Source: Hyphomicrobiaceae bacterium
GTDB taxonomy: Bacteria > Pseudomonadota > Alphaproteobacteria > Rhizobiales > Hyphomicrobiaceae
NCBI GenBank assembly: GCA_013214245.1
Contig: JABSQE010000011.1
Coordinates: forward strand, 220-64,219
Length of the DNA: 64,000 nt
Direction of reading: 5' to 3'
Positions 61,519-64,000 of the stretch are shown piece after piece (position 1 is the stretch's first letter; each line of letters starts with the position of its first letter). The notes beneath the pieces were generated by a model. That model saw only the letters and a list, made by a program, of their open reading frames with translations. It made no database searches and was not told the DNA's origin. Made by a program: the position numbers and the translations under genes.

Positions 61519-62745
61519 TTATTTTTTTTCAAAGCGCCTCTCAATGTAACGTTCAATAATATCTTTGAATTCTGTAGTAATATTATAACCACGCAGAGTA
61601 GTAGCTTTCTTTCCATCTATGAACACTGGAGCTGCTGGGTGTTCACCAATTCCAGGTAATGATATACCGACATCTGCATGTTTGGACTCGCCTGGACCAT
61701 TTACAATGCAGCCCATAACAGCTAGATTTAATGTCTCAACGCCGGGATATAGATTTTTCCAGCTAGGCATTCGGTCACGAATCATATCCTGAACTTCTTT
61801 AGCAAGTTTTTGAAAAATTTCTGACGTTGTGCGTCCACATCCGGGACAAGCAGTTATTGTGGGTCGAAATGCACGAATACCTAGAGTTTGTAATAGCTCT
61901 TGTGCTGCATGTACTTCTTTAGTACGATTTTCTCCAGGGGACGGCGTTAATGAATAGCGAATTGTATCGCCAATGCCCTGCTGTAATAAAATCCCTATCG
62001 CTGCAGAAGATGCCACGATACCTTTAGATCCCATTCCAGCTTCTGTCAGACCAACATGTAGCGCGAAATCGCAACGCTGGGCTAACATATAATTTATAGC
62101 GATTAAATCTTGGATTGCAGATACTTTAGCAGAAATGATGATTCGGTTCGAAACTAAGCCTAGCTCTATAGCGCGTTTTGCCGAAAGTAAGGCAGATTGT
62201 ACTATTGTCTCATGCACGATTACTCGTGCCGGCTGTGGATTACATGAGCTAGCATTTTTATCCATAAGATGTGTTAGAAGTGCCTGATCGAGCGATCCCC
62301 CATTAACACCAATGCGCACTGGCTTTCTATATTCCAATGCTTTTTCTATGATTTCTGAGAATTGAAGGTCTTTCTTATTCCTGAAACCAACATTGCCAGG
62401 ATTAATTCGATATTTGTCTAGCGCCTCCGCGCAGGCTGGATTTTCTTTCAAGAGCGTATGCCCGTTATAATGAAAATCACCGACTATAGGAATAACGATT
62501 TTACGTTTGGCAAGTTGATCACGGATATGGGGAACTGCTTTTGCCGCTTCGTTGCGATCAACAGTAATACGTACTAATTCAGAGCCTGCATTCGCTAGTT
62601 GTGTAATTTGATTAACTGTCTGGCTTATATCAGCTGTATCTGTATTCGTCATAGATTGTACTATAATGGGAGCTGAACTCCCAATTATCAGACCACCGAT
62701 ATCGACATCGACAGACTTGCGGCGCAAAGCACGAAAATGGTTCAT
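61519..62745 (-). CDS. ispG: 4-hydroxy-3-methylbut-2-en-1-yl diphosphate synthase
   Basis: 408 aa. ...[12 protein letters not shown]..., RITV, ...RINPGN..., [10 protein letters not shown], and [11 protein letters not shown]. Confidence 0.95.
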   Translation of the reverse strand: MNHFRALRRKSVDVDIGGLIIGSSAPIIVQSMTNTDTADISQTVNQITQLANAGSELVRITVDRNEAAKAVPHIRDQLAKRKIVIPIVGDFHYNGHTLLKENPACAEALDKYRINPGNVGFRNKKDLQFSEIIEKALEYRKPVRIGVNGGSLDQALLTHLMDKNASSCNPQPARVIVHETIVQSALLSAKRAIELGLVSNRIIISAKVSAIQDLIAINYMLAQRCDFALHVGLTEAGMGSKGIVASSAAIGILLQQGIGDTIRYSLTPSPGENRTKEVHAAQELLQTLGIRAFRPTITACPGCGRTTSEIFQKLAKEVQDMIRDRMPSWKNLYPGVETLNLAVMGCIVNGPGESKHADVGISLPGIGEHPAAPVFIDGKKATTLRGYNITTEFKDIIERYIERRFEKK

Positions 62746-63514
62746 GACTTGCCTTTCTTATTAAGATACACATGCCGCGGCAGATATTATACGGTACCTA
62801 TGCATAATATCCTATCAGCTTAAACAGAACCGTTCAAATTCGAACTCTGCCTGATAATCACTTATGATATTTTTTAACTTATTGATAAAAGTAAAAGTTT
62901 TTTTGAGATGGGATTTGTATGCCAAATTTATATCTCTTGGAACCATCTGATGATGAATAAACCTCTTTCATCGTACTCCACTAATGAACTGTATATCACA
63001 CTTTGATAGTATATTTAGAGCAGTCTAAAAAGATGTGTTGCAAAATTGAAAATTTAGTGCATTCAGGAAATAGAAAATCCGATAATATAGTACTTAAGAT
63101 TAATGACAATAGATTTAAATCGTTTAATGTTTTATTGTAGGCTTATTGTGATGCATGTGGTTCAGATGCAATATAATTAAGACTTAGTATCAATCATCAG
63201 GTGGTTTTGCATTATTGCACCGCCTCAGAGAGACTGGGGTTATACAATAATAATACATAAGGACGAATTTTACTGCTTCCGCTGTTACAGAGCTTTTAAA
63301 GCTGCTTTTGATTATAGAGTTTTTTTGAGAGAAAAGCTTTGTTTCATGCAGGTATAGACTTTGATCGAATTTATCTCAAAAAATCAAAAACCGACTTTTT
63401 CAGCCATAATTACTAAATACTGCCCCAATGGATCCACCGTTCTTATATAGACGGTAGTAGCGACTACAAAACAATAATAGTTGTTCTCAAAGAGATGTAA
63501 TTAATCATATGCAG

Positions 63515-63985
63515 CTAACTTTTCTCAAAAAAAAGTAATAGTTCGCCAAGCTTAACTCCCCATTTGAACATTGTTGTCTTGCCTACTGCATGTCTATTAT
63601 CTATTTTAATGATGCGATCTAAGAAATCTGCCTTCAGTGAGCGTTTTTTTATTTTGAGATTTAGACGGTATCGCATTAGAATTTCATTTTCGAGAGTACG
63701 ACCTACTGCTTGAGAAATGCAATCATCGCATGTAGCTGTAAATTTACCATGATTCTCAAACAATATATGCCATGTTCTATTTTCTTTACGTTCGTTATCG
63801 TAAATAATCTCTTCTTGTAATGTAAAGGTATTGTTTAACCAAATACCGTTAATCACCACTGATGAACGTGATCTAACTTTTCCAAAGCGATCCTCAAATA
63901 TTCCCCAAGCATAAGTTGTTCCTTCAAAAAAGTTTTGGATTGAAAACGCTGTTTGCTTCGGAGCGAGATTTGTGTGTCGTGACAT
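63515..63985 (-). CDS. DUF3833-family protein
   Basis: 156 aa. ...FFEGTTYAWGIFEDRFGKVRSRSSVVINGIW..NTFTLQEEIIYDNERKENRTW... follows the FF.G.W.G.G.F.DR.G...R.F pattern I associate with DUF3833. Confidence 0.6.
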   Translation of the reverse strand: MSRHTNLAPKQTAFSIQNFFEGTTYAWGIFEDRFGKVRSRSSVVINGIWLNNTFTLQEEIIYDNERKENRTWHILFENHGKFTATCDDCISQAVGRTLENEILMRYRLNLKIKKRSLKADFLDRIIKIDNRHAVGKTTMFKWGVKLGELLLFFEKS

Positions 63986-64000
63986 ATTTTAACCTGATCA

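Overview
AT-rich chromosomal segment, with coding regions around 40% GC by eye and spacers nearer 30%. Signature proteins place it in a Rhizobiales-type alphaproteobacterium: RopA/Omp2-type porins with the N-terminal 'DCCADLEERxAELE' motif, ActS/RegB-ActR/RegA, the fabA-fabB-fabI cluster, DUF1178-grxC, and cycM-kdsB-pheA. Many spacers of 0.5-2.2 kb have no ORF, which suggests a reduced or decaying genome. A Liberibacter-like organism is my guess only and cannot be verified here.

I can support about 45 protein genes, almost all housekeeping:
- Amino-acid, nucleotide and cofactor synthesis: hom (3' end), serA, purD, proB-proA-nadD, pheA, carB, nadK, ispG.
- Lipid and envelope: fabA/B/I, kdsB, tolC, an L,D-transpeptidase.
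- Other: xseA, grxC, greA, pcm, rsfS, rlmH, pepP, a proXWV-type betaine ABC transporter.
- One tRNA-Cys(GCA).
- A 59-aa rpmF that falls below the ORF-track length cutoff.

I saw no rRNA, CRISPR array, transposase, integrase or phage gene.

The least ordinary content:
1. A 969-aa polytopic membrane protein carrying about 51 consecutive pentapeptide repeats, next to a 1.45 kb non-coding scar.
2. Two adjacent uncharacterised exported proteins built from 5 and 3 copies of a roughly 70-aa 'PGxY' module, just upstream of regB-regA.
3. Two tandem, strongly diverged porin paralogues. The second is preceded by a sharply GC-rich, palindrome-dense leader.
4. Unusual homopolymers: C8 inside regA and G7/T8 in the ubiH-porin promoter region.
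5. Several apparent synteny breaks and gene-loss scars.

No canonical defence or mobile system is evident. All functional calls come from motif recognition by eye, not from database searches.
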